From IMG/VR virus record IMGVR_UViG_3300035670_010555, positions 105,855 to 169,854 of that record: 64,000 bases of DNA; one strand, 5' to 3'. The translations under genes were made by a program, and so were the position numbers. The notes beneath the pieces are model-generated. The model had not been told where the DNA came from. It made no database searches and saw nothing but the letters and a program-made list of their open reading frames with translations. This DNA is from a virus. Below, one piece after another: positions 37,604-49,015 of the stretch. Position 1 is the stretch's first letter, and every line of letters starts with the position of its first letter.

Positions 37604-37711
37604 ATTTTATAATATATTAATTTTTTCAAAAAATAAAATTTTTTAGCGAAATTTCGGAAAACTTTTGGATGAACTGAAAAATATATTAACTTTGTAAAAA
37701 ATTAAACATAT

Positions 37712-38392
37712 ATGAACATCGGACAAGAATTTCAAAACTATTACGTAAATCACTTGGGAAAGGGATCGTTGGATCTTCACAACTTCTCGAATCAAATTCA
37801 ATCATCTATGACTCCATATATTTTAGAGGAAAGAGAAATGAGAGCAACTCAGATTGATATTTTTTCGAGATTAATGAGAGACAGAATTATTTGGGTCGCA
37901 GGACCTGTAGATGATAGAATGTCAACTATCGTACAGGCACAATTAATGTTTATGGATAATGTTGATAAAACTGACATCACAATGCATATTGACAGTCCAG
38001 GTGGAAGTGTAAAATCAGGACTTTCTATGGTTGATGTAATGAACTACATTGCTTGTGATATTAGAACTGTGAACACAGGTATGGCAGCTTCTATGGGTTC
38101 TGTGTTGTTGGGAGCTGGAACTAAAGGGAAAAGAAGTTCTTTGAGATTTTCGAGAACAATGTTACACCAATCTTCTGGTGGAGCTGTGGGTAACATTCAA
38201 GATGCGGAAATCACAATGAGAGAATGGGCAAAATTGAATGATATTCTATTTGGTCTTCTTGGTGAGTTCTGTAGTAAAGACCCTGAACAAGTTAAGTTGG
38301 ATGCTAGTAGAGATTTGTGGTTGGATAGTGAACAAGCTCTTGAATATGGTATTATTGACGAGATTGTTAAAACGAAAAAGAGGGGTAAATAA
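37712..38392 (+). CDS. clpP: ClpP protease subunit
   Basis: DIFSRL, IDSPGG, GMAASMG (Ser), MLHQ (His), RDLW, YGIID; TAACTTTG promoter at 37687. Confidence 0.95.
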   Translation: MNIGQEFQNYYVNHLGKGSLDLHNFSNQIQSSMTPYILEEREMRATQIDIFSRLMRDRIIWVAGPVDDRMSTIVQAQLMFMDNVDKTDITMHIDSPGGSVKSGLSMVDVMNYIACDIRTVNTGMAASMGSVLLGAGTKGKRSSLRFSRTMLHQSSGGAVGNIQDAEITMREWAKLNDILFGLLGEFCSKDPEQVKLDASRDLWLDSEQALEYGIIDEIVKTKKRGK

Positions 38393-38471
38393 CCCCTCTT
38401 TTTTTAGACTTAGAACACCCCCTTTACTTTTTGCTCGTCAGTTTATCACAAAATAATTTTACTTATTTTGG

Positions 38472-39140
38472 CTATTGTGTGAATAATCCTCCATCCACAT
38501 CAGGTTTCAATTTGTCATAAACTTTCGAAGCCTTTTCACTCATTGTATTAAATAAATCACATACTACATCTCTAATCTTTCTTTGTACATTTTCAGAGAA
38601 ACTTTGGTCTTGTACTGCATCCGCTAAAGCACTATTCAAGAATTTGGATTCTATAGCTGCGGTACCACTTTGTTGAATAATTCTTTTGTGTATCACATCT
38701 GATAGGGCATCCGCAATCAACTTTGATAACTCATCACAACTTCTTAATGATTGTGCGAGTTTTGTTGGGTCCGCAGATAAAATAGATTTTAATGAGTCCC
38801 TAAAATAATCTGTAAGTTGTAATGATTTCATTAGAGAATTAACTATTGGGTCAATGATTGTTTGGAAAATACTTGTAAATCCATCTCCAAAAATTTTACC
38901 CAAAAAATCTTTTAATTGTTCATTCAATAAATTTGTTTCTTGTAAATAATTTATTTCAGATACAAGTTTCAATGCGATTTTCTCTTGTTTCAATTTTGAC
39001 AATGAACCAAAATTTTTAATATTTTCCTCAGATTCAAAAATCATAAGAATTCTATTTTTGACTATGGTTTGCTCAATCAAAAGTTTTTCTTTTCTTTCTT
39101 TTGTTTCTAAAATCGCTTTTTTTACTTTAATTTCTAACAT
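38472..39140 (-). CDS. Hypothetical protein
   Basis: 222-aa helical ORF. Confidence 0.55.
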   Translation of the reverse strand: MLEIKVKKAILETKERKEKLLIEQTIVKNRILMIFESEENIKNFGSLSKLKQEKIALKLVSEINYLQETNLLNEQLKDFLGKIFGDGFTSIFQTIIDPIVNSLMKSLQLTDYFRDSLKSILSADPTKLAQSLRSCDELSKLIADALSDVIHKRIIQQSGTAAIESKFLNSALADAVQDQSFSENVQRKIRDVVCDLFNTMSEKASKVYDKLKPDVDGGLFTQ

Positions 39141-39148
39141 AAGTGTGA

Positions 39149-40012
39149 TTACTTAATTCTCCAAATTGAATCAGATCCTTGTGTTAATGGCCCACCCTCT
39201 TTACGGCCTGATAGAATATCTAACATATTATCAATTTTTTCGCCTCCCTTACCTAACACACCGAATTTTCCATAGTGTTGGTCTCTACAAGCCTGAACAA
39301 TTCTCCTTGCTTTAGCAATTGTTGCAGGGTCAACAACGATACTATTTTTTTGCTTAAAAGATGTGTAAAAATCTTTAATGTTTTTTCTACAAACTGATTT
39401 ATTAACCGACTGATTATCTAAAATGTCACTTAAAATACTATCTTGTCTTTTAAGTGTTGATTGTTGATTAGCGTCCGTATACCCTGCTGCAGGTCCTGTT
39501 TGAGTTGGTTGAGCGACGGGTTGAGTTTGAGTTGGTTGGGCAACCGGCTGAGCTTGTGTTGGTTGAGTACCAGATTGAATTTGTTTGAAGAATTCTTCTG
39601 CGTTTTTACTGTCAAAATTCAACTTACCTGAATTACTTTTCATAGTAAAGTTTGAATCACCGTTACAACTCCATGAACCTTCATCAGTTAAAGTTCCTTC
39701 CGAAAACTGTTTCCAAGTTCTGTTTTTTCCATTATTCGCGCTAAAAAATTTCCAAATTAGTTTCGAAGTTAATGTTACTTCCATCTCACTAATTCCTGTC
39801 ACTGAATTTCTATTGAACTTGGCACCCTTGAAATAAAAATAAGTTTTTGTTTGAAAATAATTTTTAATACATGAAAGTGGGTCGGGTGAGCTAGATTGTG
39901 CTTGTTCCGATACAACCTTTTTATTTTCAACAGAAGTTTTTGACAAATCATACTTCATCATCAACTTTACTCTCTCTAACGCTTCTTCGGGGCTATATTT
40001 TGGTTGAACCAT
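39149..40012 (-). CDS. Hypothetical late protein
   Basis: EALERVKLMMKY leader, QPTQ repeats, TATTTAT upstream. Confidence 0.6.
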   Translation of the reverse strand: MVQPKYSPEEALERVKLMMKYDLSKTSVENKKVVSEQAQSSSPDPLSCIKNYFQTKTYFYFKGAKFNRNSVTGISEMEVTLTSKLIWKFFSANNGKNRTWKQFSEGTLTDEGSWSCNGDSNFTMKSNSGKLNFDSKNAEEFFKQIQSGTQPTQAQPVAQPTQTQPVAQPTQTGPAAGYTDANQQSTLKRQDSILSDILDNQSVNKSVCRKNIKDFYTSFKQKNSIVVDPATIAKARRIVQACRDQHYGKFGVLGKGGEKIDNMLDILSGRKEGGPLTQGSDSIWRIK

Positions 40013-40045
40013 AATTGACTAATTTATATTATAAATACACGTAAT

Positions 40046-40285
40046 TTACCAAATTTGATTGGCGGCTCCTCTCGTAAGACCTGTACTGTGTTTTTCACCT
40101 GCAAGACCTAACATATTTGCCTTACCTCTTGTAATTGTATATGTGTCAGACCATTTTGGAACTTTCCCTCCACCTCCTGATGCCGGAGCTGATCCAGCAT
40201 CATCTTGTTCACCCATTTCATCTTTAGTTTCAATTTGAGAATACTTTGAAAAAAAATCTATAAGGAAGTCAACGTCTAATATCAT
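40046..40285 (-). CDS. Hypothetical late protein
   Basis: Two TRG(K/A)AN motifs. Confidence 0.55.
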   Translation of the reverse strand: MILDVDFLIDFFSKYSQIETKDEMGEQDDAGSAPASGGGGKVPKWSDTYTITRGKANMLGLAGEKHSTGLTRGAANQIW

Positions 40286-40333
40286 ACTAATAAATATTTG
40301 TTTAATTAGAAAATTTTTTCTTATCTTTAGAAG

Positions 40334-40861
40334 ATGAAAAAGATTATACTGATAATTCTTTTATTTCTAACCTCTTGTCAATTCTACGTCACCGAAATTA
40401 AGGATGTCACGTTGAGTGGTAAGTACGTTGTTTCCAAATTGGAGATTACTAGTGTTGACCAAAGCAACCCGAGAATTGAAAAATTCTTTATTAACCAAAC
40501 ATATGTTAATAATGCATTAGGTCACCCGTTTAACAAAATTCAAATAAATAATTTTTATATTCATTTCGACTATTCTACAATAAGAATGGGGGAAATTCAA
40601 GTTGAAGATGGTCGAGATATTTGGGAATATGGGATGTCACCAAAAGAAATTTTCTACAGAGTATTTGGTACAACACCTTTTCATTCAGGTTATCTTGAAT
40701 TTGATTACTTATCAAAAGATGGTTCCCGTAGGTCAATGAAATTTATTATCGAAGATGATGGATTGGAAACTCTCCAATTGAGGTCGACAGGAATTTGGCC
40801 AAACAATCAATTTGGAGAAAAACAAACAATGACTTTATTTTTGACCCGAGTTGGTCCTTAA
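40334..40861 (+). CDS. Lipoprotein
   Basis: LTSC lipobox. Confidence 0.65.
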   Translation: MKKIILIILLFLTSCQFYVTEIKDVTLSGKYVVSKLEITSVDQSNPRIEKFFINQTYVNNALGHPFNKIQINNFYIHFDYSTIRMGEIQVEDGRDIWEYGMSPKEIFYRVFGTTPFHSGYLEFDYLSKDGSRRSMKFIIEDDGLETLQLRSTGIWPNNQFGEKQTMTLFLTRVGP

Positions 40862-41160
40862 TAAAATTCAGGTTGTGGGATTGAATCCGAATTGACAATA
40901 TAATATTCATTCAAAAAAGACATCAACTCGTCTTCATCCAATTCAACTTTTTCTTCGTCGTCATAAAAATCTTCCTCAAGGTCATCATCAAAAAAATCGA
41001 AAGATTCTGTTATCAAATCGAACCCATAACTTTCAACTACATCATAATTGATAGTGTCGATTCTTACAACATCTTCTTCGTCCTCAATAGTTCTGAACGA
41101 AACTTCCAATAGGTTTTTCTCACTATTGAAATAGTAAGATACAATTTCCTTTATTTCCAT
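40858..41160 (-). CDS. Acidic hypothetical protein
   Basis: ORF; likely start MEIKEIV. Confidence 0.55.
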   Translation of the reverse strand: MEIKEIVSYYFNSEKNLLEVSFRTIEDEEDVVRIDTINYDVVESYGFDLITESFDFFDDDLEEDFYDDEEKVELDEDELMSFLNEYYIVNSDSIPQPEFY

Positions 41161-41301
41161 ATGGCAACAATTTAATAACAAATATTAGAAAATATATGAA
41201 AAGTTATATTTTTGTCGGAATTAAATAAAAAAACCCCATATTACTATGGGGTTGAAACTCGTTTGAGTCGGTCCTACGATTCTATCCTTAGGAGGGGTAA
41301 T

Positions 41302-42780
41302 TTATTTAATAATCTTCATTCTACTCATCATTTCATTAATTTTGGTTTTCTGATTGTGGAAAGATTCTTGTAAATCTTCATCTATGTCAAATTCTTCCTC
41401 ATCTTCAACTTCCATCTCATCGATTTCTTCTTCGTAATAACTCGATCTTTGATATGGTCCTGCCTTACCTGGCCCTTCAGAGTCAAAATCATATGGGGGG
41501 TCCATTTCACCATAAATTCCTTGGGAGCCTGATACATCGACTTCGTCTATTTCATCCGCAAATGCCGACTCCATGAACATAAAGTCCTCTTCTTCTTCCT
41601 CTTCTTGTCCTCCACATTCTTCCATATACTCTATGATTAAATCTTCACCGAACCAATCCTTACACAAATCATGAACTTCATAGTAGAAATCAGAATGTAA
41701 TTCTTGTTCAGTTTCAACAAAAAAAGTATCTAATGCATTAGAAATAACATTATCTGCATATTCAAATTCATCACCGAAGTCTTTGCAAGCATCGAATTGG
41801 TCTTTTTCATATTCAATAAAAGTTAACAAATTCGGATAAGTAATTCCTCTTCTTTTATATCTCATCATATCATCAGGAGACATTTCTTGTTCTTCCATTT
41901 CTCCTTCAGTTGGATAAACATCTCCACCAGCCATTGGTCCATCAGAAACAAAATCGTAAGCAGGTTTAATATTACTTAAGTCCATATCAGGAGCATTTCC
42001 ACCTCCTGTATAACCTTGTTCGTCGATAGTTTCTTTACCTTGTAATAAGTCTTTATCGATAAGACCTACTCTAATTAAACGATTCAATAATGTTTTTCTT
42101 GGTAATTTTCTTAAGTATCTGATTACAATTGGAGGAATATCGTCACCATATTGTCCAAACAAGTTATTTAGAATCTCATTTTCTTGAGGAGTTGGGATAA
42201 ATGAAGCTCTTGCTCGGGACGCTTTCATACCTCTTTTTCCCATCTCATAAGGTTTTCCGTCTGTAATATCTTCATCCATTTCTTCACCTGCTTGAATATC
42301 TTCAAACCCGTCGTCTTCATTGTCAGGGTCTTCGTATTCACCTTCCGATTTTATTTTTTTCATGTGATGCATTTTTTCAAATGTGCCATAATCATTACCA
42401 CCACCTTCAACATAGTCAAAGTCATTATCTCCTAAATCCTTAACGTTATAGATGTCGTCTAATTTACCAACACCTTCTTCCATTTCTCCTCCACCACATT
42501 GCTCACAAATACCTTCGGTCATTCGACCTCCACATTGCTCACACATTTCTTTGGATTCAACTTGTTCGTTAATTCCCATATTTGTATATTTCTTAACTTC
42601 ACCTTTGTTGTTTACAACCATTCCGTCTTTATCACCAGCAAAATCGTAAGTGTATAAAGGTTGGGTGTTAGACACCTGTGGTTGCATGGTTTGGTATCCA
42701 TTGTACAAACTTTTGTGTTGGTCCAAAATATTTTGTTTTTCAGTTGCGGACAATTGCCCTAATCCAAAGTATCCTCTCAT
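41302..42780 (-). CDS. Acidic protein with Zn-ribbon (probable head protein)
   Basis: CEQCGG..CEQCG; repeated PxYDF.S.GP motif; TATTTAT upstream. Confidence 0.55.
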   Translation of the reverse strand: MRGYFGLGQLSATEKQNILDQHKSLYNGYQTMQPQVSNTQPLYTYDFAGDKDGMVVNNKGEVKKYTNMGINEQVESKEMCEQCGGRMTEGICEQCGGGEMEEGVGKLDDIYNVKDLGDNDFDYVEGGGNDYGTFEKMHHMKKIKSEGEYEDPDNEDDGFEDIQAGEEMDEDITDGKPYEMGKRGMKASRARASFIPTPQENEILNNLFGQYGDDIPPIVIRYLRKLPRKTLLNRLIRVGLIDKDLLQGKETIDEQGYTGGGNAPDMDLSNIKPAYDFVSDGPMAGGDVYPTEGEMEEQEMSPDDMMRYKRRGITYPNLLTFIEYEKDQFDACKDFGDEFEYADNVISNALDTFFVETEQELHSDFYYEVHDLCKDWFGEDLIIEYMEECGGQEEEEEEDFMFMESAFADEIDEVDVSGSQGIYGEMDPPYDFDSEGPGKAGPYQRSSYYEEEIDEMEVEDEEEFDIDEDLQESFHNQKTKINEMMSRMKIIK

Positions 42781-42865
42781 AAGAATCTATTTTTAATATA
42801 AATACTTTTAATTTTTTATTTTTTCCATTTGACATTCTGAAACTTAAAATCTATTATTTTATTAC

Positions 42866-42940
42866 ACAAGTGAGACCTGTATTTTCATCCGATAGTATCT
42901 TGGTAATTTATTTATCGCCTCAATTTACGGGCTCACTTGT
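42866..42940 (+). ncRNA. Hairpin RNA with loop antisense to start of ORF 57053..57547
   Basis: 15-bp stem; 42879-42905 identical at 26/27 nt to 57538-57564. Confidence 0.65.
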
Positions 42941-42952
42941 TACTTAACTACT

Positions 42953-43207
42953 ATGACAATCAACGACTACGACATCCACGAATACGCTGAAGGTGCCATC
43001 ATTCTCGATGGACTTGATGAAGCAATTATCGGAATCGTTGAGGAGTTCGGCAACGGTCCTCGAATCCTTTATTCAAAAAACAAAATCCTTAACATTTTAT
43101 GTGAAAGAGATTTAATGACACATTCTGAGGCAGAAGAATTTTACGATTACAATATCATCGGTCTTTACGCTGGAGAACAAAATCCAGTATTCTTGGTCTC
43201 CGAGTAA
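42953..43207 (+). CDS. Conserved phage protein
   Basis: DG.DEAIIG...YS..KI...EAEEFYDYNI.G.Y.G...PVF. Confidence 0.7.
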   Translation: MTINDYDIHEYAEGAIILDGLDEAIIGIVEEFGNGPRILYSKNKILNILCERDLMTHSEAEEFYDYNIIGLYAGEQNPVFLVSE

Positions 43208-43237
43208 TTTTTTCTTATTATTGTAAAAAACAAAAAA

Positions 43238-44086
43238 ATGGATTGGAAAGTAAATTACAGTAACCTTAGAAAGGTCCCAGGAAAATATTGGATAATTCCA
43301 TGTATATCTATTTGGTATGATCAATATTACTTCTTGGAATTAGGAGTAAACACTCCAGCCTTTGGTCTTAATGTTTCTTTTTTTAATTTTGCTTACGGAA
43401 TAGTCATACAAAAACAATAAAATAATATATGAAAATTTTTTGTAAATTAGGATTTCATCGATGGAAAACCACAAAGGAAAAACACTCTGTCATCAACCAT
43501 CCACACAATCGAGAATTTATTCGAATTATTGTTAGAGAATGTCAATTTTGTGGAGAAAGACAACGTTGGATTGTGTCGACTGATTCACATACAAAAGGTC
43601 GTTGGGAATCTTTCCCATTTCAAATTGGAGATTTAATAAACTATGAAAATATAATTACAGATGCAAACACTACTATTCAACACAAAAACAAAACACGTGA
43701 CCTTATACGAAGAAACACCGGGGTCAAAAATACTATATACGTTTCGTGATGTACCGACAGTAAAAGTTATGGAAACTTACTACGAAGTGATAAGTAAGCA
43801 AACAATTGATGGTTCAGAAACTCGAGTACCTGTCGCCAGATTTCCAATCTCAAGTACTAACATGATAATTGATAATTAAATTATGACGAAAAAAATTGTA
43901 AGTTTAATCAAAAGATTTTTACCACCCATTTTGTTGGGGATTTTCTTGGTTTTTTCTATCATACCATTGACAGAATCTACAAATTTTTTTATTTCAACAA
44001 TCTCAACAATTTTGGGAGGAATTTTAATTTCACTTGTGGTTTATCTTCTTTTTTTTCGTATCTTTAGGGGTACTGAAAAAAAATGA
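43238..44086 (+). CDS. Cluster of four small hypothetical ORFs (43238-43420, 43429-43749, 43661-43879, 43883-44086)
   Basis: Tightly packed co-oriented ORFs; one with C.LGFH.W...C..CG motif, one 2-TM. Confidence 0.5.
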
Positions 44087-45138
44087 ACTTCGACTTAAAC
44101 ATATTGAACGATTACATAGAAAAGGGTTTGGTGGTCAAAAATGACCATCCAACCCTTTCTTTGTCTATTTACAACTACACCAGAAAAACCCAATACGAAA
44201 AATTGTGGGATAATATCACCAAAAGTTGTAGGGGATTGATTTTAGATAATCAAGGGAATGTAATCGCTAAGTCATTCGACAAATTTTTCAATTTAGAGGA
44301 GCATACCCCTACCGAAATACCTAACGAAGATTTTGAAGTTTATGAAAAACTTGATGGGTCTTTGGGGATTTTGTTTTGGTATCAAGGGAAATGGATTATT
44401 GCAAGTAAGGGGTCATTTACTTCAGACCAATCAATTAAAGCAAAACAAATATTGGATTCGAAGTATAATGTGGAACCTATCCCAAAAGGGTATACTACTT
44501 TAGTCGAAATAATTTACCCTCATAATAGAATCGTATGTGATTACGGTGATGATGAATCTTTGGTTGTTTTGGCAATGATAAGTAATGCCAACGGTAAAGA
44601 ACTTGAACATGATTCGTTATTGTTGATAAACAAAGAAACAGGATTACCTGTAGTCAAAAAATACGATGGGATTCAAGATTACAAGAGTCTTAAATCCACT
44701 ATCTCCAAAGAAAGGGAGGGTTATGTTATCAAATTCAGAAGTGGTCTTAGAATGAAGATAAAGGGTGAAGATTACGTTTGTCTTCACAGAATATTAACCA
44801 ATTTTTCAAATGTAGACATTTGGGAATATTTGAAAGATAATAAAGACTTGAATGTATTATTGGATAGAGTCCCTGATGAATTTGATTCTTGGGTTAAATC
44901 CACCGTTAGAGATTTAGTTTTCAAATATGAAAATATTCTCAAAGAATATACTGAGATATTCAATGAACTGAAATTAAAAAATTTGGGACAAAAAGATTTT
45001 GCTGAGAATGCGAAAGGATATGACCATCCATCAATATTATTCAGTATGTTGAATGGAAAAGATGTGTCTCCATTTATTTGGAAATTAATTAGACCTGAGT
45101 ATAGTAAACCATTTTGGCAAAAAGAAATAGAATCATGA
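44083..45138 (+). CDS. RNA ligase, T4 Rnl1 family
   Basis: CRGLI, FDKFFN, EKLDGS, EII, EGYV, KIK. Confidence 0.9.
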   Translation: MNFDLNILNDYIEKGLVVKNDHPTLSLSIYNYTRKTQYEKLWDNITKSCRGLILDNQGNVIAKSFDKFFNLEEHTPTEIPNEDFEVYEKLDGSLGILFWYQGKWIIASKGSFTSDQSIKAKQILDSKYNVEPIPKGYTTLVEIIYPHNRIVCDYGDDESLVVLAMISNANGKELEHDSLLLINKETGLPVVKKYDGIQDYKSLKSTISKEREGYVIKFRSGLRMKIKGEDYVCLHRILTNFSNVDIWEYLKDNKDLNVLLDRVPDEFDSWVKSTVRDLVFKYENILKEYTEIFNELKLKNLGQKDFAENAKGYDHPSILFSMLNGKDVSPFIWKLIRPEYSKPFWQKEIES

Positions 45139-46274
45139 AACCGAGTTTAGAAAAAATATTGGATAATCACATTGTACACACTGGATTTTTTGATAGAAAT
45201 TCGGTTGAAAAATGTATGGAACAATCTTATGATTTGGGTACTAAAGAATTCATTGAATGGTTATCAAAACAAGACTATCTTTCCGACAACATAAACTACA
45301 TCATCGAAGAATGGGAGAACCAAAATAAATTATGAAATATTATCTTTTGGTTTTGGCGTTTCAAATTATGTTCAATATCTTTAAGGTGTTGGAGATAAAA
45401 TACACGTACGAGAACAAGTTGAGTTTATTGTTGTACAATTCTATTTACATTAACTTAGTCTCCTTAGCATCAGTGTATTGGTCATTGGATCTTTTGTTCG
45501 AAGGTGATTGGTGGGTAATTCCATTTTATGTTGGTGGAAGTGTTGTCGGAAAGTGGATTGCGATGAGACATGTCGAAAACATTAGATATAAAATATTCAA
45601 ACTCTTTGGAAAAAAAATAAGTAAATTACAAAATAAACTACCTATCCAAAATGAAGACAACTAGTAAATTCGGTCCATTTAAGGACAACAGACCTTTTGA
45701 TGAGAAAGCTTTGGATTTTATACAAAGTCTTCTATTTTGGAGAGGTAGGAAGAAAGGAGTGATTTTTACTCGAAATATTTCTTTGGACGAAATCCGAGCA
45801 GTTTTTTTTCCAAAAAATTTTTACGAAAAATATCATTATTTAGGACAAGTTCCTTACCGACAAGATGGAAAATTGTTCAAAGCATTGTACCCTTTAGTAC
45901 TTGCTATGGATTATGAAGCAAAACCAAAATGGTGCCCAAGATGGGTTCTTCGTTTCCTACACTTGTTCGGTTCTGATAACTCCATTGTAAGAGTTCGTAA
46001 TTTCACTTTACATAACTGGGAGAAAAAACTCACAAAAGGAATAATGATGTGGGATTACAAAACCAAGTGGACTGAGTATGATTTGAGGATTTCAATTAAT
46101 GCTCCAAAACATCTTCAGGATTTAGCGGATTACATCGAAACGGGATATTATTCAAAAGGGAGACAAGAAGAATTAGTGGGGCAAATAAAGGCTATCGATC
46201 CAAATGCAAAAATAGTTTGGGGTAGTGTAGATAGATTAGTTGACCAATTAAATAGATTAAGAGATAGTAAATAA
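45135..46274 (+). CDS. Three hypothetical ORFs (about 45135-45335, 45332-45664 membrane, 45651-46274)
   Basis: Overlapping co-oriented ORFs. Confidence 0.5.
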
Positions 46275-46522
46275 TTACTAACATGATAGGAACAATAATA
46301 TTTGCAATTATTTGTATAGTTTTATTACCTGTGGCGTGGCTATGGGTTACAAGAATTGATTACATGCATAAAAATCATCCTGACTATAAAGGGGAAGATT
46401 TATTTGATGAAGATGAAAAAGATGATATCAAAAATTAAGTTAATTCTGAAAGATATTTGGTTGGGGTTCTCCCTTTCCAATGAGTTCAGAAACAACCACC
46501 AACAATGGCCTAAAATATAGTT

Positions 46523-46897
46523 ATGATTTACAGAACAAGAAAAATTGTAAAGTACGAAGATTTGAACCCAAGAGGAACACTCTTTGGAGGGCAATTGTTG
46601 AAGTGGATTGATGAAGAAGCGTCTGTTTACGCCATTTGTCAAATTGGTGATCGAATGGTTGTCACCAAAGCCATGTCCAAAATCGATTTCAGGACATCTC
46701 CGAAATTAGGTGATATTGTCGAGATCGGTATGGATTTAGTAAGATTAGGTAATACCTCAATCACCTTCAAATGTAATGTAAGAAACAAATACACAAAAGA
46801 GGATGTAATCACTATTGATGAAATTGTATTCGTTAGAGTAGATGAAACCGGAAAACCAACCTCCATCGATAAAGAAAAAATACATCAAAATGAATAA
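46523..46897 (+). CDS. Hotdog-fold acyl-CoA thioesterase
   Basis: DLNPRGTLFGGQLLKWIDE, G.TSI, FVRVDE.GKP. Confidence 0.88.
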   Translation: MIYRTRKIVKYEDLNPRGTLFGGQLLKWIDEEASVYAICQIGDRMVVTKAMSKIDFRTSPKLGDIVEIGMDLVRLGNTSITFKCNVRNKYTKEDVITIDEIVFVRVDETGKPTSIDKEKIHQNE

Positions 46898-48002
46898 TAT
46901 AGACAAATCATACCAACAACTTTTACAAGATATCCTTGATAATGGTATTCAAAAAAAGGATAGAACTGGAACTGGAACCATTTCTGTATTCGGAAGACAA
47001 ATTCGTCATAAAATGTCAGAGGGGTTTCCTCTTCTTACGACTAAGAAGATGGCGTGGAAAACTATGGTGACAGAACTTCTATGGTTTTTGAGAGGGGATA
47101 CCAACATCAAATTCTTATTGGATTATAATTGTCACATTTGGGATGGAGATGCCTTCAAAAACTTTATGAATAATATCGAAGGCAATCCAGATTTAATTTG
47201 GAATCAAGAACAATTCATTAAGAAAATAAAAACCGACGAAGAGTTTGCACATAAGTGGGGTGATTTAGGCCCTATCTATGGGGCTCAATGGAGAAGTTGG
47301 GAAACAAGAAAAGTGGTTAATGATTCCAAATTATTACCTGAATATTTTGACGATACTGAACTAATAGACCAAATCAAAAACCTAGTCAATGAACTTAAGT
47401 CAAATCCTGATAGTAGAAGATTGATGGTATCTGCTTGGAATGTGGGTGAATTAGACCAAATGGTTTTACCACCTTGTCATTATGGATTTCAAGTTTATAC
47501 AAGAGAGTTAAGTATTGGAGAAAGATTGGATTTGGCATCCAAAATATATTATGTTGGTTTTGAACCATCTGACTTTGTTAAGGTTACACATCAAGAAATT
47601 GATAAGTTATATCCCGTTCCTAAACGAGCAATCTCTCTAATGTGGAATCAAAGAAGTGTAGATACATTTTTAGGATTGCCATTCAACATTGCTTCTTATG
47701 GTTTGTTATTGGAGATTATTGCAAAGGAAGTTAATATGATACCTGATGAATTGATTGGTAACTTGGGTGATGTGCATTTATACTCAAACCACATTGAACA
47801 GGCAAAAGAACAAATCCGTAGAGATCCATTTGAATTACCATCAGTAACGATAACTGAAAGAGAATGGTATCTACATGAATTGGTTAAATCAAAATCGGAA
47901 GAAAGAAATTTTGAACGAAAAATTAGGAGTTACAGACCTGATTGTTTTGAATTGGTGGGTTATCAGTCACATGATAAAATTAAAGCTCCTTTGTCGAATT
48001 GA
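46890..48002 (+). CDS. thyA: Thymidylate synthase
   Basis: DRTGTGT, ELLWFL.G, PDSRR, LPPCH, QRSVD.FLGLPFNIASY, HLY.NH. Confidence 0.96.
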   Translation: MNNIDKSYQQLLQDILDNGIQKKDRTGTGTISVFGRQIRHKMSEGFPLLTTKKMAWKTMVTELLWFLRGDTNIKFLLDYNCHIWDGDAFKNFMNNIEGNPDLIWNQEQFIKKIKTDEEFAHKWGDLGPIYGAQWRSWETRKVVNDSKLLPEYFDDTELIDQIKNLVNELKSNPDSRRLMVSAWNVGELDQMVLPPCHYGFQVYTRELSIGERLDLASKIYYVGFEPSDFVKVTHQEIDKLYPVPKRAISLMWNQRSVDTFLGLPFNIASYGLLLEIIAKEVNMIPDELIGNLGDVHLYSNHIEQAKEQIRRDPFELPSVTITEREWYLHELVKSKSEERNFERKIRSYRPDCFELVGYQSHDKIKAPLSN

Positions 48003-48005
48003 GTC

Positions 48006-48479
48006 ATGCAAATTGTTATTCTACTCAGTAAAGATGTTCCTCGAGAAATTGCAGAGTTAATCTTGGGACACAAGTTGGAGGGTGGCTACTCGATAGATTA
48101 TGCATTAAATTCTTTGGTTTCCTATTATAATGGTAAAGAAATTATTATATTTGATTTTACGAAATATCTAAGATTGGACAACCGATTTAGTGGATATGAA
48201 ATAGACGATTACGGAACAAAAATAGTTATAAATTTCAAATAAATGTTAAAGTTAACGGAAACACAAAAAAAACAAACTTATGAAATAAGTTTGGAGTCGA
48301 ATGGTATTGTTGTCGGGTCATTTGTAAAAATTGATGGGTTCTTCTATTATTACCCACCAAAAGATAGATTTTGGGGGTGTTACTCAGAAGAATTTCTTAA
48401 GAGTTTATCGAATGAGATAGAAAAATTAAATTATCCAATTAATAAGAATATTGACGAATACTTCGAATTACAAACGTAG
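48006..48479 (+). CDS. Two hypothetical proteins (48006-48242, 48243-48479)
   Basis: ORF track. Confidence 0.5.
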
Positions 48480-48751
48480 AATTATATTATGGAAGATTCG
48501 AAAGCTCGTTGTAAATGTGGTTGGCCGTGGATATTCCACTATAATTCAAAAGGAAAAATGAATGCAATATTCAAAGCCAAACTCCCACAAAAAACTATTG
48601 AAGATTATATTAAAGGAGATTATTGGTTAAAAAATGAAAAAAGTTGAAGAAGTATTTGTAATTTCCAATCCTTATAAGGATTGAATCATTTAACACTTTT
48701 TCGTTAAATCGAGGATAATTACGGGAGAGATAATTAATCTCTCTCACATTA

Positions 48752-48982
48752 TTATTCAGACATAAGTTTTTTCCACGAATCAGTAGAACTAATTAGAGCT
48801 AGATTAACCCCATTTTCCCATTTAACACTAATTATCTTTTCCTCTCCACCAGGTTCAAAGGGGTCAGTGGTTACGTCGGTAACTTTACCAATCGTTCCAG
48901 GAGGCACACCAATTTCTCCATCCATGTGATAACACATGACTTTATCTCCAACTTTTAATTCCGCATTTAATGATCCTTTCAT
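48752..48982 (-). CDS. DUF4314-like SH3-fold protein
   Basis: LKVGDKV...M......PPGT.G.V...V.W.NG..LAL...D. Confidence 0.55.
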   Translation of the reverse strand: MKGSLNAELKVGDKVMCYHMDGEIGVPPGTIGKVTDVTTDPFEPGGEEKIISVKWENGVNLALISSTDSWKKLMSE

Positions 48983-49015
48983 AACAATAAATATATACAA
49001 TATATTTATATTCAT

